From: Leucoraja ocellata
Taxonomy: Eukaryota
Direction of reading: 5' to 3'
Assembly (NCBI GenBank): GCA_036785375.1
Contig: JAWMAR010000024.1
Location: 5,394,001-5,458,000, forward strand
DNA: 64,000 nt
The notes under the pieces were generated by a model, which made no database searches, was not told the DNA's origin, and worked only from the letters and a program-made list of their open reading frames with translations. A program made the position numbers and the translations under genes. Shown one piece after another: positions 32,502-45,254 of the stretch (position 1 is its first letter; every line of letters starts with the position of its first letter).

Positions 32502-34285
32502 TTGTAATCAATTGAGTATTCAGATCCTGTAATTATGATTCCCCAAGATCTGGAAAGTGCAGTGATTATAATGAGAGAACATGGTAAAATGTTATCTGCT
32601 TTTGCGGCCCATTTGTCCACAGACCCCCCGAGGGCATCGTAAGAAAAGAAATATGTTCTACATGGAATTGTAGCCTTAATTGGGTCAGGGCTAATGGGAA
32701 ACATTCCGTTGAAGCTAGAATTTTTCTCAGTGTGTTAAACCAGGGACAGATGAGTTGTCCTTAATGGGGAAGCTGTCTGATAAGGGAGACAATCTGTTTC
32801 TATCAAGGTAGTTAGGACTGGGTCACATTGTGAACACACTATCAAATAATCTACAGTGCCGCAATATTACATGGGGAATTATCTCTGAAATCCCATGCGA
32901 TTTATGGTGCGAGGGTTGTAAATTTCACTGCGTTACTTACAATGCGTCGGAGAAACTGTATTCATCCCCCCTCCACGGTTCAAAAGACAAACCCGGTGGA
33001 CTCATCCTATTAGGAAGGGACAGAGTTGACCCGCTGAGGTTTGTCAAATCAAGAATGGCGTTTGGTGAGGAGAACGGTCCCGGCTACTTAGTGGCTATGA
33101 TTACATTTGCCAAAGGCGAGTTCGGCAACGCATTTTCAATGGTTAGAGCAAGTCACAACGTGCTGGAGGAACTCAGCGTGTCCGGCAGCATCTGCGGAGG
33201 GGATTGTCAGGCCACATTTCGGGTCTGAAGGGGGGGCTCCCAACCCGAAAGATCATCTGTCCATTCTCTCCACAAATGTTGCCTGACCCGCTGGGTTCTT
33301 CCAACACTTTGTGTTTTGCTAAAGATTCCGGCAACTGCAACTAAATGTATCTCTAGTGGCTAGAGGTCGCAGAGATGCGGGAAAAACATTTCACCCAGAG
33401 AGTTGTGAATGTGTGGAATTCTGTGCCTCAGAAGGCAGTGACGGATTCACTGGATACATTCAAAAGAGTTAGATATAGCTCTTATGGCTAGAGAAATCAA
33501 AGGGTATGGGGTGAAGGCAGGAACGGGGTGCCGATTGTGGATGAACAACCATGGCGTTGAATGGCGGTGCTGCCTCGAAGGGCCGAATGGCCTACTCTTG
33601 CACGTATTTTCGACGTTTCTTTGTAAGGAGAGAGGGTAAACAATCTCCGGCAGATCTTTGGCAGTAGTGGGAGAACTGGATCACGAACGGGGAGGAGAGA
33701 AGGGACAGGGGGGATTATTTAGGTTTAAATTCAGACGACGGAGCTAGCAAAAAAAATAAATCCATTAGCCCTGACCCAAAAATAACTCTCCCTGGAAATT
33801 ATTCAACTTCCGCGTTTGCGGGTCAATTGGAACTGACCTAACTGCGGTGGATAGATCTGAAGAAGGGTCCTGAGCCGAAACATCAGCCGTCCTTTTTCTC
33901 CGGGGATGTTGCCTGACCCGCTGAGTTACTCCAGTACTTTGTGTCTATCTTTGGATAGATGACTGTAGCGTAAAGGAATTGAGTTTTTTTTTAAGCGAAG
34001 CAGGTAAATTGAGTTTAAAGCCAGATCAGCCATTGTGCAAATCTTCCTATGAATGAGAGTTGTAAAGAGTTTGTAAGTGGGAAACTGCCGAGGGATTGGG
34101 TGGGGAATGGCAACAGGAACTAGTAAAATGATAAGACGCATATACTAGACGAGGACATGGACTGGGCCTCTCTTCCCACTGTTCAGTGTATTAAATAAAA
34201 TGTGTGCATTGGATGATAAGGGCTTGATGTGGCTGTGGCACTGAATGTATCCTGATTCTAGCCTGTTCTCTTGTTCCATTTGCAG

Positions 34286-34401
34286 TTTCCTCTTTTGCCC
34301 CGGGCGCAATGCTTGGCCGGGCAGACACGTCTCTTACTAACACTTACAGCGCGCTGCCACCTATGCCCACTTTCAGCATGGCAAACAACCTGTCTATGCA
34401 A
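34286..34401 (+). CDS. PAX6: PAX6 exon 11, second copy
   Basis: 116 nt, ttgcag|TTTCCTCT...ATGCAA|gtaagt. Confidence 0.95.
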
Positions 34402-34500
34402 GTAAGTATGGAGCAGAGCAAACAGAGTCAAGAGCCATTCAATGCTTTCTCTACGGCATGCACAAACGGATCTTGTGTTTTCCATTTATTTTTCGACAAG

Positions 34501-34651
34501 TCGCCCGTATCCAGCCAAACGCCGTCATATTCCTGTATGCTGCCCACCAGCCCGACAGTCAATGGACGCAGCTATGACACGTACACGCCGCCTCACATGC
34601 AGTCGCACATGAATCCTCAGACCATGGGCACTTCCGGCGCCACATCCACAG
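34501..34651 (+). CDS. PAX6: PAX6 exon 12, second copy
   Basis: 151 nt, gacaag|TCGCCCGTA...TCCACAG|gtgaga. Confidence 0.95.
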
Positions 34652-35736
34652 GTGAGAATCTTCAGCAACCTTCAACCTGGCCCAGATATAAACGGGTTCA
34701 TTGTCTATGAAATTGCGCTTTTTTTGCCTCTCCGTTTCCCAATGAACCCATCCCTGCACAATATTAACGACATGGAACTGCAGATGCTGGTCTATACCAA
34801 AGACAGACACAAAATGGTGTTACTCAGACTGATTGTAATAAGGGGGAGAAAGTTGGAAAGGGATAGAGGCGGGACAAAACCTGGCAACTGATAGGTGGAT
34901 ACAGGTGAGGGGTTGATTGGTAAATGAATCGACAAAGGGTTGAGATTAAGAGGAGGCAATGAGAGATCAGAAAAGGAGAAAAGAGGAATGATATGTACAG
35001 CTCGAGGATGGGGGGTGGGGATAGGTTGGAAGGTACCTGATATGGGGGGGGGGGGGGAGCAGAGTGGGGAAATTAAGGCAAAAATGGGGTGAGGGTGACA
35101 TGGGAAAGAGAGTGGGGAGAACGGGTGTTACTAAAATTTGGGAAAGTCACTGTTCATACATTTGAGTTATAAGCTACCCCAGCGGAATATGAGGCGCGCT
35201 GTTCCCCCAGGGGAGGTTTTGCCTGGCGTGGTTATATAAGAGTTAACCGGTTATCTAAAACAGGAGTACCACAACAGTTTTATTTAGGAGGAAAGTGTTT
35301 GGCCAGTTCACACAATGTCCTTCAGTAACATTAAAGGTAAAAGGGAGGGGATAGAAGGGCATGCAGGGTTCTGTACGCCTAGTAAATGCACAGATCAAAA
35401 TAAAGGCCCGGTTTAATTGCGACGCTGTTACTTAAAATAGCAGCAAACCTCCTACACAAGTGCAGCAAACATTATTATATTTAAACCCCCCGAGGGACGG
35501 TGCACTCAAGTCAGATAATAAACAAGTTGTGTTTTTTTTTAACGGAATTATTTGGGGAATAAGGACGCACCGATAATAAATAAATACTTCTGTTTTTCTG
35601 ATGATTTTGTTTTGAGGCGTTTCAATATTATCCCGTTACACAACACAATTGTTATTGTAAAATTGGAAGAAAAAAAACACAATCATCGCGTGCAGAATAA
35701 AAGGCGTAAATTAAGAGGTGGGAGGTGGGAGGTTTA

Positions 35737-35767
<31 letters not shown>

Positions 35768-35780
35768 GGTGCTGTTTTAA

Positions 35781-35894
<114 letters not shown>

Positions 35895-38800
35895 AGGGCA
35901 GGGTGGATGGACAGAGACTATTGAGAGTCGGACCCCCAGCAGTATTTGTTTTCCAAGAAGTGACTCTGAAGGTATCTTTGTTCTGGGACTGCGACCAATA
36001 CACTCAACTTTGAGAAGACTCACGTCGACGTCTTGTAGCGGACGTGTGAAGTCGATGGAACAAACGTCTCATTGTCCCCCCCGGCTCCCGAAATTCTTCT
36101 CTCTGTGTATTATTTGTAAATGGACATTCCTGTATGTTTAAAACAAGAACAACGTGACTCGATGGACCTTTGGTATACGTGGCTCATGGGATAATTACAA
36201 GACGCCATGGACAACATAGCAGTCAAGAATTAGACCGCCATCGAGTGCTTTTACCATGACGTTTCTAGATTTATGGACTTCGATGTTACCAACTCGTACC
36301 ATTGCATTACACTAAATATTGGTCAATTTTATTTTGGGGATGGGAGGGAGGGATGGGAGGGATGGGGCGGGGGAAGGGAAGCCAACTTTAGTTGTGTATA
36401 AGCGAACTCTATCTGTTTGGGTTTGCCCAAGGTCGTTGACAAATAAGTTTATGTTCAAAGGTAAAAGAACTTCAAGGAAGTGGACAATTTGGTAGATAAA
36501 GGTAGATTGTGTCTTCGATATAATCCATTTGTTATGTCGAAATGTAAGTATGTGTCTTCCCTAGAAATCTCCCAGAATGATTTCTATAATAAAGTTAATT
36601 TCGTTTATATTCACCCGAATACGCTAGAGATGATTTACATCCACCCCACGCATCATTATAGTCAACAACTTTCTATTTTTTCTTCGTTAACACCGTGCAA
36701 GCTAGTTGTTCTGATATTTGTATATAGGTAGCTGTCACGTTCAAAGTTTATTTCGTGCAAGTGAAACGATGTTCCCGACAAAATTAAACTGGTTACCAAG
36801 AGATTTACAACATTATAAGTGTTTCAGTTACGTCGGATTACATATCATAGCTTCGATCAAGAGACATCTGCAAACCGTACCAAAGCATACATTTCAGTCA
36901 TCACCTGCCTCCTAGTTAAACGCAGTATTGTGTTGATTTTTTTTTTTAATTTTTAAATAAATTCAGAGGGAGTGAATCGACCCCTTACTTTGGAAAGGCT
37001 ATCTTTACTTGTTCAGCGATATTTTTTTATGGAAAGTAAAATTAATGCTATGTTAATGGAGTTATCAAGGAATTCATAAACCGATCAGACGTTGGACTTT
37101 TACAATAATTCTTGGCTGAGTGAGTTCATAAATGTAGCTGGTGGTATTCACATTGTAGATGCAGTACGCTTTTTTTTTAAGTTCTGGCTTAAATACTGTA
37201 ATTTTTTTTGTTGTTCATACAGAATACAGCTACTAGCAGAAACAAAAAACCCTGTAAAAATGTACATATTTTGTACAAGTATTAAAATGTCGATTGAAGG
37301 GTGACACCCCTAAATTATCAATTATGAATAATGTCGTTCTTTATGCAGTAGCTGGCGTCAGCTGTCATTGTAGTCTGATCTCACTCCACTTGCTGTGGGA
37401 TGGAACACGGGCAAGGTTCTTAACTGGATGAAATTAGGCGAAGTGAGCAAGTTTACTCTCCGGACTTTTCCATTAACCTGTAAACAATTAATCAGAGGGC
37501 TGAATGCGAGGGAAGCTGCATATTAAACATATTCGGCACTAGCTACCCAGCCAAATCATTAATGCTCTGGCTTGAAACATTACAATAAATCTAAACCAGG
37601 TCAATGTTTACAAGGAGGTAAACGAGTCAGGGACTTTCTCTTCAAACAATTGTTGAGGCGAGGTCAAGAGGAATATTTAAAAGTGACTTATAGACATGTG
37701 TCAGTAAGGCCCGAAGGACGGGCCCACTTGTCTATTCCCTCCACAGATGCTCCTCCAGCACACTCTACTTTGCTCAAGATTCCAGCATCTGCAGTTCCTT
37801 GCGTCTCCGTGGTTAAGGGAATTGATGAAGGCCGAGGAAAGGCAGTTATGGTTCAATGGAAAGGAATAGGTTCGAGAGGCTGAATGTCCTTCCCTTGTGC
37901 CTAATGGGGATTGGCAAGATGAATGTGCAGACTGTTTATCCCGGTAAGCTGCATATTAAACATATTCGGCACTAGCTACCCAGCCAAATCATTCATTGTT
38001 ACTGGAAATTATGGTGCAATTTGTCCATCGTGTTTTAATTGAAGCAAACGTGTTTGAATCTTATAGAAATTTGCAGAACAACCCGGGATTCGGGCGCTCG
38101 ACCCTCGCAGACCCATTGAAGTCCAACGACTCGACACCCTATCCACGGGATGGTGAAGTGGCACCAGCCCAGCACCAATTAATTCCAAGACGTTCTCCCT
38201 TTCGCAGCCAATTGACTTGGGAACAAATTCGCCAATTCCCAACCTCAAGCAGTTAAAGAAGGTCAGATCTCTCGGCGTGAAACAAGTTTGCTCGAAACCT
38301 GCATTAGTCAAAAGTCAAGAGCGGTTTAAGTCAGTGTTGTTCAGATCTATTGATCTGGTGAGTGGCAATCCAACTAAAAGTCCAAAAAGTCTAAAATGTC
38401 TAAGTAGGGTTAACAATGGTGTAACTATCGCTCGATTGACCAACAAGAGCCTGGATCGTACCCCTGATCTTCCTAATGTTATATATATATATAAAACACG
38501 AAGTTTTCTTTCACTGTATGTCGGTGAACCTTACAATAATAAATCAATATCAATACTATTAATTGATGATTTTTGTTAAAACACAAAATTAAAATTGTTG
38601 GTTATATACACTGTAAAACAACAGATGTAAAACACTATGAGCATTTTAATGCCTGAAAGGTACCATGTTAAAACTGCAAAAGATAATGGGAAATTAATTG
38701 AAGATTTTTCGCAGTCCAGGTGTCACTTAGGTTCCCTCGCTGCAAAGTCTGACTTGACTGGTTACAGCGATTTCAGTTTATAAATATCGATTATATCCTC

Positions 38801-41439
38801 GAGTAAGATTTTACATTGGATTCTCTTTTGAGCAGGAGGCACTCCGGAAACTGACAATCACCTTTTTGTGGGTACACAAAAATGCTGGAGAAACTCAGCG
38901 GGTGCAGCAGCATCTATGGAGCGAAGGAAATAGGCAACGTTTCGACCCGAAACGTTGCCTATTTCCTTCGCTCCATAGATGCTGCTGCACCCGCTGAGTT
39001 TCTCCAGCATTTTTGTGTACCTTCGATTTTCCAGCAACTGCAGTTTCTTCTTAATCACCTTTTTGTGTACCGCTTTCGGACAAACCTTATCTCCAGAAAT
39101 TTAAATATATTTAATATGAAGGCGCAGGTCACTTTAAGATCCACCATTCCCGTTAAATACTAATATAAACTTCACCCTGAGCTCCACAAAGTCTTTCACT
39201 GTGTCTCGGTACACGTGGCAATAATAAATAAACACCAGATATTTATTTCGTTTTACATAACCTCCAGTTTTAATCCTGGTTTTGTTAGAATGAAAGGGTG
39301 AAAATGTTTAAAATCCCGACCTAAGTCCACTAGTCCAGGCCGGGTGGGATTTATCATTGCTGGGAGTCTTTGCTTGACAAATTGGAAGTTGAGTTATGGG
39401 TGGTAGTTTTGAACCCTGCCAATCTCGGGGCCTAAATAATGCCCCTGTCCCACTTAGGAAACCTGAACGGAAACTTCTGGAGACTTTGCGCCCCACCCAA
39501 GGTTTCCGTGCGGTTCCCGGAGGTTTTTGTCAGTCTCCGTACCTGCTTCCACTACCTGCAACCTCCGGCAACCACCTGCAACCTCCGGGAACCGCACGGA
39601 AACCTTGGGTGGGGGCGCAAAGTCTCCAGTGGTTTCCATTCAGGTTTCCTAAGTGGGACAGGGCCATCACGAACACACCGTTCAAGTCGCACAGAATGTT
39701 GTCTCATTGAGCCCCCCCGTGTGTTGGAGTAAGGGGCGGATAAATTAGGGTGGTGAAATGTATTGTTTTGGGGGCGAGAAGGAATTAGAGCGCCACAACT
39801 CAGGAGTAACTTAGCCAGTCTGGCATCATCTTTGGATAGGTCGGGATCCCTCTTCAGACTGATTTTAGTGGTGGCGAGAAAGCCGAAAGAGAGGTGAAGG
39901 CGGGACAAAACCAGCAAATGATACGTGGATGCATTTAAAGGGCTCCTTTAGTATGTGTAGGAAGGAACCACAGATGCTGATTTACTGCGAAGATAGACAC
40001 CAAATGCTGGAGTAACTCAGCGGGTCGGGCAGCATTTCTGAAGAAAAGGAATATGTGTCGAGATCATTCTTCTGACATCAGCAGATGGGTACACAAATGG
40101 CAGTGGTGAAAAGGAGACAAAGGGCTGTAAGATACGGAAATGAAGTGTGAATTGTGAGGCTAGAGGAAGGGATGTAGGTGGAGGGGGACAGGAAGAAAGG
40201 GAGGTAGGTAGGACCATTCTTCTCTCAACCTGCGAAAGTCTACTCCAAAAATGGTCTACTACAAAAGTGACAATTTTAATGGGATTAAAATATGGAGCAG
40301 GATAAACCTTGAGCCTACCATAAGGACGTTGGCTGCCGGGATACAGACCTTTGCATTAGCACTGTAGTTCAACTCGCGGGTGAACATGGAAGTTAGTTAC
40401 GGTTCGTCGAATATTTCCTGCAACAAGATGCTGGATGTAGCGTGGTTATGTAAATATTCCAAAGCGATTTACAAGCAATTAGGTAGTTTTGACCTGTAGT
40501 TAGGGACAAGGTCTCCACAAACAATAATGTGCTAATGACCAGAATAACAGCATTGCTTGAGAGATGTCCAACAATATTGGTCAGGGCAACATGTTTTTTT
40601 TTTTGGTGGGGGGGGATAAGAAACTTTACATTTTATATTAATAAAAGTAAACCGAGGAATGTGACCTACAGCCATTCGGTTAATCTGAGTCCCGATTGCA
40701 ACCACAGTGCTGGGCGATTTTTGAAATTAAAGCGAGATAATACAAGCACAGCTGGAGTGTCGAGAGGAACAGACAGATAAACAAGAGACAGATAGACAGG
40801 AAGAAAGTCAATTCCAAAAACGACCGACAATTTAGTACTCTCAGCATGCAATTCTTAAACTAGGCAGTCATTGAACCGGTTAGATGCTCTTTGAATAACA
40901 AAGCAATGAGTAGGCACTCTCAGACTAAAATTACAATTAAATAAACAAAAGTGCGGACCATAAGGATTAATAGGGGGATAAAATTCAGAGGGGGAGATTA
41001 AATTAGCAGTTTGCCATGTCCTGCCTTAACACTCTTGCCTTAATGTCGGCAAGACATTAACAACAATTAATAAGGAAAGCTTGTGTTTCTTTAAATTCCC
41101 ATGTTGAAATATAATTCATATGGAAATTAGAATTCTGAGTGGATTCCACTGAAATGATATAAATAACATTTGTTACAATTTCAAATTGAGAAATTTCCAT
41201 TGAACGCACTTGACTGAAATGCTTAATAATTAAAACATTTTAAAATCCCATATAACTATGGTACTTGGGTTAAGAATATATTTCCTTAATATATCACCAA
41301 GGTGAAATATTAACACTATTTTCTCTCCTCATGTACTGCCTAACCTGCTGAGTATTTCCAGCATTTCTTATTCGAATTTTATCTTTTTATCGTGCCTACT
41401 ACCTTTTCATTGCTAATACTGTATAGAAGTATATAAAAT

Positions 41440-41778
41440 TATGGAGACATAGATGGGGTAGATAGTCAGAACCCTAGTCCCCAGGGTGGAAATGTCAAAG
41501 CCTAGAATGTATAACTTTATGGTGAGAGGGGGACATTTTAAGGAGATGTGAGGGGCATGTTGTTTACACACAGGTTGGTGGGTGCCTGGAACACGATGCC
41601 AGGGGTGATACAATAGTGGAATATAAGGGGTTTTGAGATATATACATAAATAGGCAGTGAATGGAGGGATGTGAATCATGTGCAGTGAGAGGAGGTTAGT
41701 TTAATTTGATACATCATTTGGCACTGATATTGTGGGCAGAAGGGCCTGTCCTATGCTGTACTCTTCTATGTTCTATGA
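41440..41778 (+). mobile_element. CR1 LINE 3' fragment
   Basis: gatagtcagaacc...cccagggtggaaatgtcaaa...tttacacacaggttggtgggtgcctggaac...gggcagaagggcctgtcctatgctgtactcttctatgttctat tail. Confidence 0.75.
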
Positions 41779-42329
41779 TATCTCTGAATAGTAGCCAATA
41801 AGGCTACTATTCAAAAATAGGTCTAGTGTGTGAAGGCTAAGCTTGGCTGGACTAAGTTAAAATGTAGAAATGGGACACTAAGTTTTTATGAATATCCTAC
41901 AATATTCTAATAAGATAATGTTGCGCTTTGGGGGTAGGAATTGTAACAAATGTATTAATAGGATGATGCTGAAGCTTTCTACATCTCCACTGTAGTGTAG
42001 TGTGCATCACCCAACTGTTCCTGGTGCTTCCATTGTAACAACGGACATTTCAGAACATCAATAAATTGGCACAGTGAGAGGGTGCAAGGAAGGCTTAAGT
42101 CAGGTACATACACAATGATCATGGCAAGGTTCTGGGAGGGTTAGATCAAAGTGTAGTCTTCAATTGCAACAGAATTGATTGTTGAGGGAGATATGTGGAT
42201 ATGAGTGTGTGGACGTTATTCAGTCGTCATCGTTCATGGAGTAATATAGACTGAGTCAGTGTTGAAGTTTTACACTAATCCTGCACCGATCTGACTTTAT
42301 GCTCCCTAATTCCCATAACTGCCTCTCCA

Positions 42330-42705
42330 GATTCTACCATCCATCTACATATTGTGGACAATTTTCAGCGGCCAATTATCCTACCAAACACCACCTTCTT
42401 GTGCTGAGGGGAAACACAACCAGAAGAAACTCGTGCAGTCACTGAGGGGACATAATCCGGACCACGGGTGCTGTCTGTGTGGAGTTTGCTCGTCCTTCCT
42501 GTGACCACGTGGGTTTTCTCTGCGTGCCCTTGGTTCATCTGACATCACAAAGACATGCTGAATCGCAGCTTAATTGGCCTCTCTAAAATTGTCCTTAATG
42601 TGTAGGGAGTGGAATGAGAAAGTGGGATAACATAGAACTAGTATGAAGAATTCCTCAATGGCCATGGTGGGCCGAAGCACCTGATTCCATGCTGCATCCA
42701 TGCAA
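42330..42705. mobile_element. V-SINE (HE1/Ray1-like) copy at about 42455-42705 with an older inverted remnant at about 42330-42445
   Basis: gtctgtgtggagtttgctcgtccttcctgtgaccacgtgggttttct...caaagacatg...ttaattggcc...aaattgtcc, the V-domain SINE core, followed by a CR1-like tail. Confidence 0.7.
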
Positions 42706-44129
42706 AACAAAACTAAATGCAAGACTTTAAAGTCCAGTTGAATTTAGTGAGATATGCATATGTACCATGAGGTTCAAGCACAATGAGAATGTTGTTAGCA
42801 GCATCAATCAATCAGGACTTCGACAGGTGTATTGGTAGATAGCATACTGACTGGGTGTATCATCGACTGGTTCAGCAACTTGAACCCCCAGGAACAAACC
42901 AGGCAATCAATCAATTGTAATTAATGAATTAAGAACTCAGGGTTATGAAGCTTGCAACAATAGTTCTTAAAAGTAACCAAGAAAACTTGCTGAATGACTT
43001 CAATTGTTTATCACTGAACTTCGGTTAAAAAAGAAAATCAATTTTCACTCCATTAACTGGGTTCATCACAAACTAATATTAAATTTCAATCTTGTAAGGT
43101 AACATTGTGTACTTGGCAGAGTTCAGTTTTGTGGTAATATACTTTGAGATGAGGCATGTAACCTTTATTTTTAATATCAATAGGTGCATCTTTCATGTAG
43201 AAGCAAGCTGGCTGGAGTATCAAAAACTCAATCAGCTTTAGATGGTCCAGTGTGCATATTTTGTCAAGGCATTTTTGTAATTCATTTTCCTGTTTGACAG
43301 CCTTTTTAATCTTCATCTTCCCAAAGCTCTGCTTGTCCAGTGAACAATGTGCAACCTGAGGTAGCAATCCCTGTTTTGTAATTTAAATCAAGCAATTTGA
43401 GAAATCAGTTTAGTTTATTGTCACGTGTACCGAGGTACATTGAAAAGCTTTTGTTGTGTGCTATCCTGTCAGCAGAAAGACAATCCATGATTACAATCGA
43501 GCCATTTACAGTGTATAGATACATGATAAGGGAATAACGTCTAGTGCAATGTAAAGGCAACCAAGCCCGACCAAGGATAGTCTGACGGTGATCAAAGAGG
43601 TGGATGGTTGTTTAGCACTGTTCTCTGGTCGTGGTAGGATGATTCCGTTGCCTGATAACAATCATAATTGTCAATCAATCAAACCTGTCAATCAAATTAT
43701 GAATAAAATTTGTCTAAAAAAAAACTTTGCAAGCTCTTTGTCAAATTAATTGACATCAACTCAACGTTAGTGATTATTTTTGTTTCAAGGGGATAGTTTA
43801 GAGAAGTAGTTTATGATTGGACTAGCAATGGGTCCTGACAGATACAATGGGCCGAATGGCCCCACCCCATGTGGTAAATTTACATATGATTTAACTGCAT
43901 GTGTGTTATGTGATTTCAATCTTCAAATTGATCAGAACCATACCATCTGTCATTTCAATACTTACAGAAACTTTGAAGTATTTAATCACTCAAATAATAA
44001 TTCTACGTTTTCATTGAAATTTCCCCACACATGCATCCAATAAAACACAGTCATTCTATTTACCTTAGCTACAGATTCAATGCCACAGTTTTTAGGAAAC
44101 AAAGAACAAAATATTTTATTTTATTTAAG

Positions 44130-44695
44130 CAAATCACAAAGTGCTGGAGGAACTCGACGAGTCAGGCAGCATCTGTGGAGTAAATGGACAGATGACATTC
44201 CAGGTCAGAATCCTTCCTCAGACTTTGTCCGTCAATAATTTGTCCCCTATGATGGAGATAATAGATTGAGAAAGGGAAGAGAGGTGTCAAAGTTAGTCCA
44301 CATGCATTTGAGGGCAGGGTTGAAGTTAGCAGTAAAGTTGATAAAAAACAACAAATTCTGTTCAGGTGCAGGAAGGTGTGGTCGTCGGTGTAGTGGAGAA
44401 AGAGTTGGGGAAACATGCCAGAGTAAATTTGGAATAAGAACTGTTCAATGTCCTTGTTCCAAACGTACCCCAGCATTATTCTCCATCTCTTTATCTGCTA
44501 CATCAATGACTGGATCGGGGCTACCTCCTTCAATTAGCTTGTTTCTCTTCCTTGATGTGGCAGTGCATATCGTACCCACCCCCCACATCCCCTTCTTTCA
44601 GTCTGAAGAACGGTCCCAATCCAAAACGTTACCCATCCTTTTTCTCCAGACATGCCACCTGACCCGTTGAGTTCCTCCAGCACGTTGTGTCTATC
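44130..44695 (-). mobile_element. Penelope-like element remnant: RT fragment between inverted terminal repeats
   Basis: ORF 44162-44476 contains IEQFLFQIYSGMFPQLFLHYTDD, resembling the Penelope RT motif-C region (xLFLRYIDD), bracketed by the terminal repeat in opposite orientations. Confidence 0.72.
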
Positions 44696-45254
44696 TATTC
44701 TACCAAAAGTGAATTGGGAGGATTACCATAATATAACCTCAAACATAACCTTTTCTAGGTTGCGATGCCTTTGGGTTAGTTTTGTAATGCTGAACCATTA
44801 ATGATCCATAATTACAAAGAACAATATCTTAATTGTAGTTCTTTGAGAGACTTGTGCTCTTCTTCGAGAACTTGGTGATATCATAATAACATACTTGCTT
44901 AGATTTTATATTAAATATTACATTAAAAATCACCAGTTTAAAATCTCTCCAAATATTCAGAAATGTATAAAACAAATAAATGAAATAAGCAATTCAAAGC
45001 ATTAAAACAGTAAAAATTAAAACTAGCTAAAATACAATAACAGTCATGAATTTACAATTCCCATTGCTTTCTTCTTCCCCCACTAAATCATTGGGATCAC
45101 AGATCCTTTATCAATTAAACCTAGGTCAGGATATACATTCATTTCCCATCAAAATAAGTGGAGTTTAATGTTGTCACTGGCGGATTCACAATGATGCTCA
45201 CCACCAGCGTATTTGGACATATCTGGTGCCCATTACTGCATAGCCGTTTCTCGA

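Noticed and set aside
41785-41813. Perfect 12-bp hairpin tgaatagtagcc-aataa-ggctactattca
   Set aside because: Too short for a pre-miRNA, sits at a LINE tail junction, and intrinsic terminators do not apply in this eukaryotic context.
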